Notes under the pieces: model-generated
Database searches by the model: none
Told to the model about the DNA's origin: nothing
What the model saw: the letters and a program-made list of their open reading frames with translations, nothing else
Source: a virus
Length of the DNA: 64,000 bases
Strand: one strand, 5' to 3'
Virus record (IMG/VR): IMGVR_UViG_3300027985_000412
Coordinates: 3,310-67,309 of that record
Shown: in pieces, positions 52,171-61,686 of the stretch
Position numbering within the stretch: position 1 is the first letter of the stretch
How the letters are laid out: every line of letters starts with the position of its first letter
Position numbers and translations under genes: made by a program

Positions 52171-52413
52171 ATGGCAAGAAGAGGATTAAAAATTGATTTT
52201 ATGCATAAAAGTATCGAAGTATCTCATGCATACTCATTGAGGGCATCCAAATTTAATAGTTTAGAATATATTGAATTAGGATGTATAAAATTAGACTTTC
52301 CAGATTTTGAAGTTTATGTTCTTCCTAAACAAAAAAAGAAAAAGAAAAAGAAGAAACCTTCTGTAGATGAGGTTATCGCAAAGATTTTGGCAGAAAAGGA
52401 GAATACAATATAA
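52171..52413 (+). CDS. hypothetical protein with poly-Lys tract
   Basis: Cassette promoter and RBS; KQKKKKKKKK. Confidence 0.65.
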   Translation: MARRGLKIDFMHKSIEVSHAYSLRASKFNSLEYIELGCIKLDFPDFEVYVLPKQKKKKKKKKPSVDEVIAKILAEKENTI

Positions 52414-52616
52414 TGAAAGAATGGCAAGTTGTACTTTTGGGATCTTTAATTGCTTTAGGAACAGTTGCAGGATTATTCGGTCTTTGCTTCTTAATTCCCG
52501 AAGGAGTTGGGCGCGACTCAATGATGCGTTTAGTCTCTGGATTTAGTTTCCCAATCGGTCTTGGCGCATATGCATTGACAAAATGGATACAGTATAGAAA
52601 ATCTTGTGACGATTAG
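52413..52616 (+). CDS. small membrane protein
   Basis: AAGGAG RBS; two hydrophobic segments. Confidence 0.6.
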   Translation: MKEWQVVLLGSLIALGTVAGLFGLCFLIPEGVGRDSMMRLVSGFSFPIGLGAYALTKWIQYRKSCDD

Positions 52617-52717
52617 TCACAAGAATAGTGTTAGACGTATCACGTCTAAGAAAACTTCTTGACTTTTTTGTATTATATGGTATAATAGTATTATCAAGTG
52701 AAAGGAAATAAAAAGAA

Positions 52718-53263
52718 ATGAAAGCAACAGGAATAGTAAGAAGAATTGATGAACTCGGGCGCGTGGTCATTCCGAAGGAGATTCGCAGAACACTTCGGAT
52801 AAGAGAAGGAGATCCTTTGGAAATCTATACCGACAGAGAAGGAGGAGTCATCTTCCGGAAGTATTCTCCAGTCGGTGAGTTGAACAATCTTGCTAAAGAC
52901 ATGGCAAGCACTCTTGCGTCAACCACAGATTTGATGATACTCGTCACCGATATGGATTCGATTCTCGCAACGTCAGGACGTGCGCGGCGTCTTGATGGGA
53001 TGCCCCTCTCGCCCATCATGATCGAGATGATTCAAAAGAGATATCCGACATGTGCGGGCCGCGAAGGTTTTGAACAGATATTTAACGTTGATACGTTAAG
53101 TGGTTTCCTCTCTCAATTCTACGTTCAACCCATCTTGGTTGATGGTCAGCCGGTTGGTGGATTATGGTTTCTCTCCACCAAAGAAGAAGGAGTGATTCCG
53201 GCAGAGGTCAAAGAAATTGCAAAATTCGCCGTTGCGTTTCTTGAGAAACAGTTGAACAATTAA
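52718..53263 (+). CDS. spoVT: SpoVT (AbrB-type DNA-binding domain plus GAF-like domain)
   Basis: MKATGIVRRIDELGRVVIPKEIRRTLRIREGDPLEIYTDREGGVIFRKYSP; 181 aa ending AVAFLEKQL. Confidence 0.9.
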   Translation: MKATGIVRRIDELGRVVIPKEIRRTLRIREGDPLEIYTDREGGVIFRKYSPVGELNNLAKDMASTLASTTDLMILVTDMDSILATSGRARRLDGMPLSPIMIEMIQKRYPTCAGREGFEQIFNVDTLSGFLSQFYVQPILVDGQPVGGLWFLSTKEEGVIPAEVKEIAKFAVAFLEKQLNN

Positions 53264-53374
53264 GGGGATTAATTCCCCTTAGTAAGTTAGACGTGTTACG
53301 TCTAATATTTTCTCTTGATATTTTTCTCGCAATCGGTTATAATAATACTATCAAGTAGAAAAGGAGTTAAAACA

Positions 53375-53869
53375 ATGTCAGTCATGCACTCGATTAGCAA
53401 TTGCAAGAAGATGTTAAATCATGGAATTGACCGCGCGGTGTATTACTCTCCAAAGTATGATATGATTATCAAGAAGGAAAAGCCCGGCGGTGGAGAAAGT
53501 GGAAAAGGTTGTGAAGCTCAATTCATGTATGAAAAGTCTTTTTATGAACAGCTTAGACCTGCGGAACGTATTTTCTTTCCAGTTATTGACTTTTGCGCCT
53601 ACAAAGGGAGAACCGTTTGTCTTATGCATCGTTGCACCTGCTTAACTGACTTACCACAATATCAAGAGCTTAACAGCGCATTATCATTCGGCGGTTGGCG
53701 TTATTGGACAGTATCAGAATTAAGACTTATCTTTCTTACTTTGGGATTGAATACTCGTTTTGTTAAATACTTCCATAATGTCATCACTCGCTTTGGACTT
53801 CATGACTTACATCTTGGAAATCTTGGAGTTTATAATAACCATTTGGTAATTCTTGACGCGGGATTTTAA
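53375..53869 (+). CDS. minimal protein-kinase-like protein (paralogue 1)
   Basis: HGIDRAVY, IIKK, catalytic loop HDLHLGNLG, ILDAG. Confidence 0.7.
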   Translation: MSVMHSISNCKKMLNHGIDRAVYYSPKYDMIIKKEKPGGGESGKGCEAQFMYEKSFYEQLRPAERIFFPVIDFCAYKGRTVCLMHRCTCLTDLPQYQELNSALSFGGWRYWTVSELRLIFLTLGLNTRFVKYFHNVITRFGLHDLHLGNLGVYNNHLVILDAGF

Positions 53870-53970
53870 TCCCGCAGTCATAGAGTTAGACGTATAACGT
53901 CTAAAAAAAAATATTGACTTTTACCAATTAATTGGATATAATAATACTATCAAGTGAAAGGGGAGAGATA

Positions 53971-54453
53971 ATGTCATTAATCCAATCAATTCCAAAGTTT
54001 AGAAAGAAACTTGGATACGGAATCTCAAGAGAAGCGTTTTACTCTAGAAAATATCAATGTGTAATTAAACGCTCTAGGCCGGATGGTTGTGGACATCGTC
54101 CAATTCGTTCCCAGATGTTAGCAGAGATTAACCTCTTTGAACGTATGGAAGAATCTGAAAGAGAATTCTTTCCAGTTATTGAAGTTCTTGAATACAAAGA
54201 GGAAAAATTGATTGCTATGCATCTAATTAAACCAATCTCTTCTAATAAAGATTGGGAACAACTTTTCAATTCTTTGTGGAGATTGCAAACAGAAGAAAAG
54301 TATAACACTTTGTGCGCTCAAATTGGTCTTGACTGTTCATATAATAAGGCTTTTTGGACATTTGTTCGTAAATATCATATTGATGATTTACACACTGCAA
54401 ATGTTGGCGTTTATAATAATCATCTTGCGATTATCGATGCCGGATTAAATTAA
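53971..54453 (+). CDS. minimal protein-kinase-like protein (paralogue 2)
   Basis: LGYGISREAF, VIKR, DDLHTANVG, IIDAG. Confidence 0.7.
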   Translation: MSLIQSIPKFRKKLGYGISREAFYSRKYQCVIKRSRPDGCGHRPIRSQMLAEINLFERMEESEREFFPVIEVLEYKEEKLIAMHLIKPISSNKDWEQLFNSLWRLQTEEKYNTLCAQIGLDCSYNKAFWTFVRKYHIDDLHTANVGVYNNHLAIIDAGLN

Positions 54454-54551
54454 TCCGGTCTTTTTTAATTAGACGTTGAACGTCTAAGATTGTCTATTGC
54501 ATTTTCTATTCTCATATAGTATAATAAGAGTATCAAAAGGAGGGTAAAAAG

Positions 54552-54839
54552 ATGATTTGGTTTAATGGAGAAATTACACCATTGGCACCGACGTTAGTTA
54601 TTGGAAAGATTCATTCTGTATCTGGTCAAAAAGAAGTTGTCTGTCGTTGGAATGGCTCAGATTTTGTGCGCGCTGGTCAAGAACTATTTGTGATTGAATG
54701 GCGTCCGTTCTCAATGGACAATGATAGTCTGTTTGCCTTCTGCTTACAGCTCATAGCAGAAAAGCACTCGCCCAATCTTTCAACAGAAAAAAGAATGGAC
54801 GCGGCGTATAAATTAATGGAGGACTTGGTAATCGAATGA
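54552..54839 (+). CDS. hypothetical protein
   Basis: Cassette promoter and AGGAGG RBS. Confidence 0.65.
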   Translation: MIWFNGEITPLAPTLVIGKIHSVSGQKEVVCRWNGSDFVRAGQELFVIEWRPFSMDNDSLFAFCLQLIAEKHSPNLSTEKRMDAAYKLMEDLVIE

Positions 54840-54937
54840 TTACCAAACCATATTAGACGTTATACGTCTAATTATAACTATTGACTTTCATTATAGATGT
54901 GTTATAATAAGAATATCAAATGAAGGGAGTACAGAAA

Positions 54938-55210
54938 ATGTACGTTAAAGTTGAAACAGATTGTGCCTTTGCAGGATGCAATGAAAAACATTTGGTCGAA
55001 GTACCGGATGACATGAGCGAAGAGGAACTCAATGCAATGGTGAATGAGTATGTGCAAGCTGACATTACTCCGGAAGGTAGCTATGAGATTCTTACCGAAG
55101 AAGAAGCAGAAGAGCTTGCAGAAGATGGTTATGAATGTGAATCTTATGGTTTCGAAGTCGAACCGGATTCTGACCCGAATGAAGTTCCAGGCACAGGGGA
55201 TGAGGATTAA
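54938..55210 (+). CDS. highly acidic small protein
   Basis: 90 aa with about 30 Asp/Glu, 2 Lys and 0 Arg. Confidence 0.7.
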   Translation: MYVKVETDCAFAGCNEKHLVEVPDDMSEEELNAMVNEYVQADITPEGSYEILTEEEAEELAEDGYECESYGFEVEPDSDPNEVPGTGDED

Positions 55211-55310
55211 TCATCCCCTTTCCTAATTAGACGTAATACGTCTAAGATATTCACTTGCATTTTATATCTATCTATAGTATAATACTATTATCAAGGAAGG
55301 GAGAAAAACA

Positions 55311-55709
55311 ATGAAAAAGATTTGTGATACTTATATTGACTTGGAGGCAGGAGTCTTTAACAAGAATGGTAGATTACTCTATGTTATTAAAGCGCATGTG
55401 AGTGAGAAGCTAAAGTATTGTGACGAAAGAGATGTTGACCTGATGAATGACTTCAAAGCACTTGACAAAGCTATCCAAAAATGTTACAATGGTTTCTCTG
55501 TATTCTCTGATAGCGTCTTTTCGGCGGATGGATGTGGATTCAGCTCTTATTCTGGAGTAAGTAAACGTCATTCAGTTAAGATTATTGGTTTGCGCTCTAT
55601 TGCAAAACAAAACACAACTTTCTCAATGCAAGATATAATGCAAAGAATGTGTTATCTTGATATAACAGAATACGCCAAAGATAATGCGATAGCATTATTT
55701 AACAAATAG
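55311..55709 (+). CDS. hypothetical protein
   Basis: Cassette promoter and RBS. Confidence 0.65.
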   Translation: MKKICDTYIDLEAGVFNKNGRLLYVIKAHVSEKLKYCDERDVDLMNDFKALDKAIQKCYNGFSVFSDSVFSADGCGFSSYSGVSKRHSVKIIGLRSIAKQNTTFSMQDIMQRMCYLDITEYAKDNAIALFNK

Positions 55710-55717
55710 GAGGGAAT

Positions 55718-55954
55718 ATGAAACTCTATATTGTTTGGGAAGATAATCATGGTGACGTTTCGTGGTGGACAGAAAAACATCTTGCTATCCGAGAAATGAG
55801 ACGCATTATAAAATATGGATGGTGCAAGAGAGAACGCGCGCAGATTATCAAAGAGTATCGCGAAGAAAATCCAAAAAAGAGATTCCGTTGGTGGGAAGCG
55901 TTTAGCGATTGCGTTGGTTATCGCGAAGTGGAACTAAATAAAAGTTGGAATTAA
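55718..55954 (+). CDS. hypothetical Trp-rich protein
   Basis: AGGAGG RBS; second gene of its cassette. Confidence 0.6.
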   Translation: MKLYIVWEDNHGDVSWWTEKHLAIREMRRIIKYGWCKRERAQIIKEYREENPKKRFRWWEAFSDCVGYREVELNKSWN

Positions 55955-56053
55955 TCCAACTTTCATACTTAGACGTTTGACGTCTAACAATCAAAATTGA
56001 CTTTTTAATTAATTTGTGTTATAGTAATAATAGAAAATGAAAGGGGAAAGAAA

Positions 56054-56233
56054 ATGGTTAATTTAACAAAGAGAAAGAAAACTCCGGTTGAGCAGATTAG
56101 AAATGAGGTTGCCAAACTGGGCGGTTCAAGCGTCCTTTCGGACACTTCCTTGCTAACAATAGTTGGGGGACTTGAGAAAACTTATCCTGTGGTGATTGAG
56201 TTTGGCTCGAAATATGCCCTCGAAGAGGTGTGA
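56054..56233 (+). CDS. 59-aa hypothetical protein (absent from ORF track)
   Basis: Cassette promoter and AAGGGG RBS; MVNLTKRKKTPVEQ...ALEEV. Confidence 0.65.
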   Translation: MVNLTKRKKTPVEQIRNEVAKLGGSSVLSDTSLLTIVGGLEKTYPVVIEFGSKYALEEV

Positions 56234-56333
56234 GCCACCTCTTCCCTAGTTAGACGTTCAACGTCTAAGTTTTCTCCTTGACTTTTATTATTAATTATAG
56301 TATACTAATAATAATGAAAGGGAGGGTTATAAA

Positions 56334-56540
56334 ATGAAAAAGTTTATTGCAAGAAATTTTCCCTGTGTGATTGCAGGACTTCTCACCTTAGTTCTAACTG
56401 CCGCATTTATGGCGATAGCATCCTTAATCACAGCCTGCTCTGATGGAGCTATTGGTATCATCTGCTTTAGTGCTGCGTTCGCTTGTACAATTCCCGCGTA
56501 TACATGGATGGAAAGAATCTCCAAGAAATATTACTCTTAA
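56334..56540 (+). CDS. small membrane protein
   Basis: Two hydrophobic segments; cassette promoter. Confidence 0.65.
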   Translation: MKKFIARNFPCVIAGLLTLVLTAAFMAIASLITACSDGAIGIICFSAAFACTIPAYTWMERISKKYYS

Positions 56541-56647
56541 CGTACCATAGGTACGTTATAGTTAGACGTATTACGTCTAAGAAAATCTCTTGACGTTCTT
56601 TTTCTTGTATGATATACTAAGTACATAAAGTGAAGGGAGTACAAAAC

Positions 56648-57112
56648 ATGAACACAAAAACAATCTACTTTGATATGGACGGAACAATCGCAAATTTGTA
56701 TGGTGTAAGAAATTGGTTGCCGCGTTTGCGGTCAGAGGATGCTACACCATATCTGGAAGCTGAACCCATGTGCGATATGGTAAGAGTTATTGAATTGCTT
56801 GAAGCTCTCTGCGCTCAAGGGTATCGAATCGGGATTATAAGCTGGCTATCTATGGGAGCTTCAAAAGCCTATAAGAAAGAAGTCACGCGCAACAAAAAGC
56901 GATGGCTCAACCAAGAAATGCCAATCGAATTTGACGAGATGCATTTCATACAATATGGTACACCCAAACACCGCGTTGCGCGGGATAAATTCGGAATCAT
57001 CATTGATGACAGCTCCGAAGTGAGGGCTGGATGGGAAAAGCGTAATAACCGCATAGCGGTTGACCCGGCAGAAATGCCAATAGAAAATTTCCTCCTTTCC
57101 CTTCTATCTTGA
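56648..57112 (+). CDS. HAD-superfamily 5'(3')-deoxyribonucleotidase-like protein
   Basis: IYFDMDGTIAN (motif I), K-W-L and IIIDD (motif IV). Confidence 0.8.
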   Translation: MNTKTIYFDMDGTIANLYGVRNWLPRLRSEDATPYLEAEPMCDMVRVIELLEALCAQGYRIGIISWLSMGASKAYKKEVTRNKKRWLNQEMPIEFDEMHFIQYGTPKHRVARDKFGIIIDDSSEVRAGWEKRNNRIAVDPAEMPIENFLLSLLS

Positions 57113-57237
57113 TAGAGGTCGAGTGGCAATAATTGTCACTCGGCTTCTAGGATTAGACGTCATACGTCTAACTATTTCTGTTGACACTATTAATAGGGTA
57201 TGATATAATAAAGACAATAAAAGAAAGGAAAACTAAA

Positions 57238-57510
57238 ATGAAAGCGAGGAATATTATGGGTAGTTATCGAGTAAAGAGAGGATACAGTAACGCGGCAGTT
57301 GGTCTTGGATGTTTGGGAATCATTATGTTGGTTCTTCTGATGTGCGCTGTATCTGCTTTCTTGGGCGGACTGATCGTCTATCTTCTGTGGAACGCACTTG
57401 TTCCGGTTCTGTTTGGCGGTGTCGTCATAACATACTGGACTGCGGTTCTTATCGGTCTTGCTCTTGGATTCATCGGCAGTATTTTCACGGTTCGAGTAAA
57501 GGGGAGTTGA
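57238..57510 (+). CDS. membrane protein
   Basis: Long hydrophobic segments; LWNALVPVLFG...ITYW. Confidence 0.65.
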   Translation: MKARNIMGSYRVKRGYSNAAVGLGCLGIIMLVLLMCAVSAFLGGLIVYLLWNALVPVLFGGVVITYWTAVLIGLALGFIGSIFTVRVKGS

Positions 57511-57609
57511 TTCCCCTTTCTTAGTTAGACGTAGCACGTCTAATCTTTCTTCTTGACTTTTATTATTATTGTGATATAATAAAGATAATAAAAGAAAGGG
57601 GAAAACAAA

Positions 57610-58020
57610 ATGTTCACAGGTATTTTAGTAGGTATCGGTATCTCTCAGTTAATCTGTTTCTTGGTTTTCGTGCTTACTCATGAGGATGAGATGAAGGCAA
57701 TGCTTGCAGGCGGAGGAATCTTTCTGTTGCCTGTTAAATGGCTCTTTATGCTAATGAGAGCTATTTGGAAAGCATATGTTAATCACACATATACTGTCTA
57801 TAAGGTCTGCGGCGTCAACGAAAACTTTTGGAATCAGTATGTCAGATTGAAAAAGAAATGGTTTGACAATTACTACCACGAAGGAGAAAATGATTACTAT
57901 ATCGAGGAGTATTTGGAACCGAAAAACAAACCACATAATTATGACCCTTTACGGAAACTTCCCGGCAATGGATGGTGGAATCAGGAATGGGTTAATAAGA
58001 ATCTATTAAAAGAGTCGTGA
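57610..58020 (+). CDS. membrane-anchored hypothetical protein
   Basis: Two N-terminal hydrophobic segments; cassette promoter. Confidence 0.65.
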   Translation: MFTGILVGIGISQLICFLVFVLTHEDEMKAMLAGGGIFLLPVKWLFMLMRAIWKAYVNHTYTVYKVCGVNENFWNQYVRLKKKWFDNYYHEGENDYYIEEYLEPKNKPHNYDPLRKLPGNGWWNQEWVNKNLLKES

Positions 58021-58142
58021 GACTCTTTTTTAGTTAGACGTAATACGTCTAAGAAAAAGTCTTGACTTCTATGCTCAATATGTTATAATGATATTGTGGT
58101 TGAGGGAAATCAACCAACAAAAAAAAATTAGGAGGCCTTACG

Positions 58143-58511
58143 ATGGCAGACAAGAAAATGACACAGAGGGAATTTTTTACAGCGGTGAAGGAAGCAAATC
58201 TTTCCAAGGAAATGACAGATTTTGCCGAAGCGGCAATTGCGGCTCTCGATAAGAGGAACGCGGCAAGACAGGCACAGCCGAGCAAAAAGGAAGTCGAGAA
58301 CGAACCGATCAAAGCGGCTCTCGCGGCAATCGTCACGGGCGCAGGAAAAGCCATGATTGCAAAGGATATCACAGCGGCATACAACGCGGCGAACGCGGAT
58401 GCCCAGATTACCACGCAGAAAGTTTCTGCTCTCCTGCATCAGCTTGTGGACGCTGGCACGCTCAAGAAGGGCGAACCTGTCAAAAAGACGCTGACCTATA
58501 TCGGCGCATAG
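58143..58511 (+). CDS. winged-helix DNA-binding protein (paralogue 1)
   Basis: C-terminal AKDI...ITTQKVSALLHQLVDAGTLKK...TY; similar to 62830-63198. Confidence 0.65.
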   Translation: MADKKMTQREFFTAVKEANLSKEMTDFAEAAIAALDKRNAARQAQPSKKEVENEPIKAALAAIVTGAGKAMIAKDITAAYNAANADAQITTQKVSALLHQLVDAGTLKKGEPVKKTLTYIGA

Positions 58512-58602
58512 TGAAAGGGGATTTATCCCCTTTTTTTAGTTAGACGTTATACGTCTAATAATTAGTATTGACTTCTCTTATCTAATATGTTATAGTTATA
58601 TT

Positions 58603-58900
58603 GTCGAGAGGGAAAAGAGTACGGTGCGCAACGTATCCACATTGGCCGTGTGGCCTTCCGAATAGGTTATCCCCATGTGCCGAATAAGACTGAGGGCGGT
58701 TCGATACCGTTACTGGCTAACGGATGGTGAGTTCAACCGATGAAACCTATGGGCCGAAGAGTTATGCGCCCCGCAGAATGCAAGGCTCCGCGTTAGACGC
58801 TAAGTGACTTAGCCTTGGAATACGAAAAGGCAACCTCCGAGAGGGAGCCAGGAGGAATAGGCTCCAGCTATATAAGGTATCTCCATTTGAGATACCTTAT
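58603..58900 (+). ncRNA. candidate structured non-coding RNA cassette
   Basis: Lies between a promoter (58568-58596) and a terminator hairpin (58872-58900); GC-rich, several hairpins, no credible ORF. Confidence 0.55.
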
Positions 58901-58990
58901 TTACTTAGACGTGATACGTCTAAGATTCTCTCTTTACAATCTCTTAACATTATGTTATACTATCTATAATGAAAGAAGGAGGAAAAGGGA

Positions 58991-59464
58991 ATGGAAAATA
59001 TTTGGATTTTTATAGTCGCTCAATTAATCAATGTTGTGTTAGGAACAATGCGATCGGTACTGACAATTCGTTCCAGTCAAAATGTGGCAGCTATCATTAA
59101 TGCTGTGAGCTTCACCTTTTATGCAGGTGTTGTTAAGATGATAACTGGTCAAGAAATGTGGCTCGTTTTAGTAGTAACATTTATTACCAATATCATCGGC
59201 GTTTATGTTGCTATGTGGATTGTGAAGAAATTTAGTAAAGACAAGATATGGAAAATCACAATTACGACAGAGTTTGAAGATGTTAAAGATTGGATTTGTG
59301 AAGGATTGGAAAAATATAATCTTGGTTATTCTTCAATCGAAATTGAATCGGGTTATGTGATTGATGCATATTCATACACGCAAAACGAAAGTTTATTGAT
59401 TAAGGAAGTAATTTCCAAACATAAAGTAAAATACTTCGTTACTGAAATGAATAAGACTTTATAA
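58991..59464 (+). CDS. UPF0316/DUF5698-like membrane protein
   Basis: IFIVAQLINVVLGTMRSVLTIR, three TM segments and a soluble C-terminal domain. Confidence 0.65.
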   Translation: MENIWIFIVAQLINVVLGTMRSVLTIRSSQNVAAIINAVSFTFYAGVVKMITGQEMWLVLVVTFITNIIGVYVAMWIVKKFSKDKIWKITITTEFEDVKDWICEGLEKYNLGYSSIEIESGYVIDAYSYTQNESLLIKEVISKHKVKYFVTEMNKTL

Positions 59465-59571
59465 GTCTTATTCAATTTCAATTATTAGACGTAGTACGTC
59501 TAAGAAAATAATTTGACTTTTTAAAATTTTTCTGATATAATAAATTTAGAAAGTGAAGAAAGGAGAAAAAA

Positions 59572-59940
59572 ATGGCAGTTTCCAAAAAGTCCCTCAACGA
59601 AAAATTCAAAATGAAGGTGTTGGAAATGGTTTCCAATTTCCTCAAGGATGAAGGTGAGGATATTGTCCGCACAAAAAGCGGTGAAATTGCTTTTCCTTTT
59701 GTGAATGAAGCAGGGGATGATGAATGGATGAAAATTACATTTAGTGTACCTGCTGGCTCGCGTGATGGTGAACCGTTCGACGGTTACGGCGAAGCTGAAA
59801 GCTATGCAATGAGTATAGCAAGCAAAAAGGAAAAAGCGGCCACAGCGGCGGCGGCTAAGGAAAAGAAAATCCTTAAAGACACACAACAAAGAGCCAAGAA
59901 AGCGGAGAATCTGCGGAAGGCTCAAGAGGGTGGGGAGTAA
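59572..59940 (+). CDS. hypothetical protein with basic coiled-coil tail
   Basis: Cassette promoter and AAGGAG RBS. Confidence 0.7.
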   Translation: MAVSKKSLNEKFKMKVLEMVSNFLKDEGEDIVRTKSGEIAFPFVNEAGDDEWMKITFSVPAGSRDGEPFDGYGEAESYAMSIASKKEKAATAAAAKEKKILKDTQQRAKKAENLRKAQEGGE

Positions 59941-60044
59941 TCCCCATCCTTTTTTTTATTAGACGTGATACGTCTAAGAAAAAGCGTTGACTTCCTTTAT
60001 ATTGTATGTTATACTTAGTCTATCAAATGAAGGGAACATGAAAA

Positions 60045-60833
60045 ATGGATAAACGAAAAAACTATTATTTGGTACTTGATACCGAAACGGCGAACGGTCT
60101 GGATGACCCATTGGTTTATGATTGCGGTTTTGCAGTCGTGGATAAAAAAGGCAATGTGTATGAGACACATAGCTATATTATCTATGAGATTTACCGCGGA
60201 GAGCGTGAGCTGATGCAATCGGCGTACTATGCGGCAAAAATTCCCATGTATGAGGAACAAATCGCGGCAGGGCTGAGAAAAATTGTCAAATATATTACGC
60301 TTCGTAAAATCATTCGTGAAGTATGCGAACGCTGGAATATTAAGGCAATCATCGCCCACAATATGAGCTTTGACTATCGAGCTACCAGTAAAACCCAGCG
60401 ATTTCTCACGAGTTCAAAGTACAGGTATTTCTTTCCATATGGTATTCCTGTGTGGTGTACTAAGTGTATGGCACAAGATACCATAGCTAAGCAAAAGTCA
60501 TATATTGCCTATTGCGAAGAAAGAGGATATATGTATAATGGACGCCCGCGAGTGACAGCAGAAATCCTCTTCCGATATTTGTCAGGACAGCATGATTTTG
60601 AGGAAGAGCATACAGGGCTTGCCGATGTGCTGATTGAAAAGGTAATTTTTACCCAGTGTATGAGACAGCACAAACCTATGAGGAAATCTCCTTATAAAGA
60701 AAAAACTTATCCTTATGCTCAATATGAGGCTGATGGTTGGGAAATGACAGAAGAATTGTTAAGAAAAGGAAAGGGAACTTCTTTACTGGATGAACTTGTC
60801 AGACAAAGATGTTTAAAGGAAGTGTGCGTATAA
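60045..60833 (+). CDS. DEDDh 3'-5' exonuclease
   Basis: LVLDTET (ExoI), AHNMSFD (ExoII), EEHTGLADV (ExoIII). Confidence 0.85.
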   Translation: MDKRKNYYLVLDTETANGLDDPLVYDCGFAVVDKKGNVYETHSYIIYEIYRGERELMQSAYYAAKIPMYEEQIAAGLRKIVKYITLRKIIREVCERWNIKAIIAHNMSFDYRATSKTQRFLTSSKYRYFFPYGIPVWCTKCMAQDTIAKQKSYIAYCEERGYMYNGRPRVTAEILFRYLSGQHDFEEEHTGLADVLIEKVIFTQCMRQHKPMRKSPYKEKTYPYAQYEADGWEMTEELLRKGKGTSLLDELVRQRCLKEVCV

Positions 60834-60942
60834 CGCACATTTTCTTTTTATTTTAAATTAGACGTGTTACGTCTAAGAATAATTGTTGACTTATTATTAT
60901 TATTATGTTACAATGATTATAGTAAAAGAAAGGAGTAAAACA

Positions 60943-61206
60943 ATGGCAGTCCACAAAGACTTTAACAAATTACTTCAAGAAAGAATAGCATATCAAGATA
61001 ATGAGAAGAAAGTTAATTCTTTATATAAAGAATTGGCTGGATACGCTGATAGGATTGAAGATATTCGTGTTGAACTATTCAATAATCCTATTATCAATGG
61101 AGAAGAAGATAGAGATGCCTTGAGCGACCTTCTATTTAAACTCCAATCTCAATTGAGATATGATACGAAAGAGTTTCTTGAATGCATGGTCATTCTCGAT
61201 GACTAA
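60943..61206 (+). CDS. hypothetical coiled-coil protein
   Basis: AAGGAG RBS before ATG 60943. Confidence 0.65.
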   Translation: MAVHKDFNKLLQERIAYQDNEKKVNSLYKELAGYADRIEDIRVELFNNPIINGEEDRDALSDLLFKLQSQLRYDTKEFLECMVILDD

Positions 61207-61305
61207 GCGGTCTCCGCTTAGGGGATTAGACGTAATACGTCTAATCTTTCGACTTGACTTATCCATTTATTATGATATAATAGAATTAAAGAAAGGGGAA
61301 TTAAA

Positions 61306-61575
61306 ATGAATACAAATTGCGTTCATTGTACTATTCAAAATTGTTCTCAACATGGAGGAGATTTTGAAACTAGAGTTTGTAAAGTAACAGGAAAATTTTG
61401 TTACTACGATAGTGTATGGCAAACTCATGAAGAGAAATGTGAAACCTACAAACCTATTAATGATCCAATTATATATCGAGAAAATGAGATTAATAGACGT
61501 ATTGCAAACATGCAAAGGATTATTAGAGATTTTGAAGAAGAAAAATTGGCATTAAGAGACCCTAACTTTATATAA
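61306..61575 (+). CDS. Cys-rich hypothetical protein
   Basis: CVHC...C...C...C...C pattern; cassette promoter. Confidence 0.65.
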   Translation: MNTNCVHCTIQNCSQHGGDFETRVCKVTGKFCYYDSVWQTHEEKCETYKPINDPIIYRENEINRRIANMQRIIRDFEEEKLALRDPNFI

Positions 61576-61686
61576 CACGTATTTATACGTGTTATATCCT
61601 TAGACGTAATACGTCTAAAAATATTGATTGACTTTCTATCTAGTATGCGATATAATAAGACTATCGAAAGGAGAATAGAATATTTG

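Noticed and set aside
58690-58715. tRNA gene suggested by the GGTTCGAT T-loop
   Set aside because: I could not build an acceptor stem, D arm or anticodon arm around it; kept only as part of the ncRNA candidate.
58815-59015. 66-aa ORF from the track
   Set aside because: TTG start without RBS, and it runs through a terminator, a palindrome and the next promoter.
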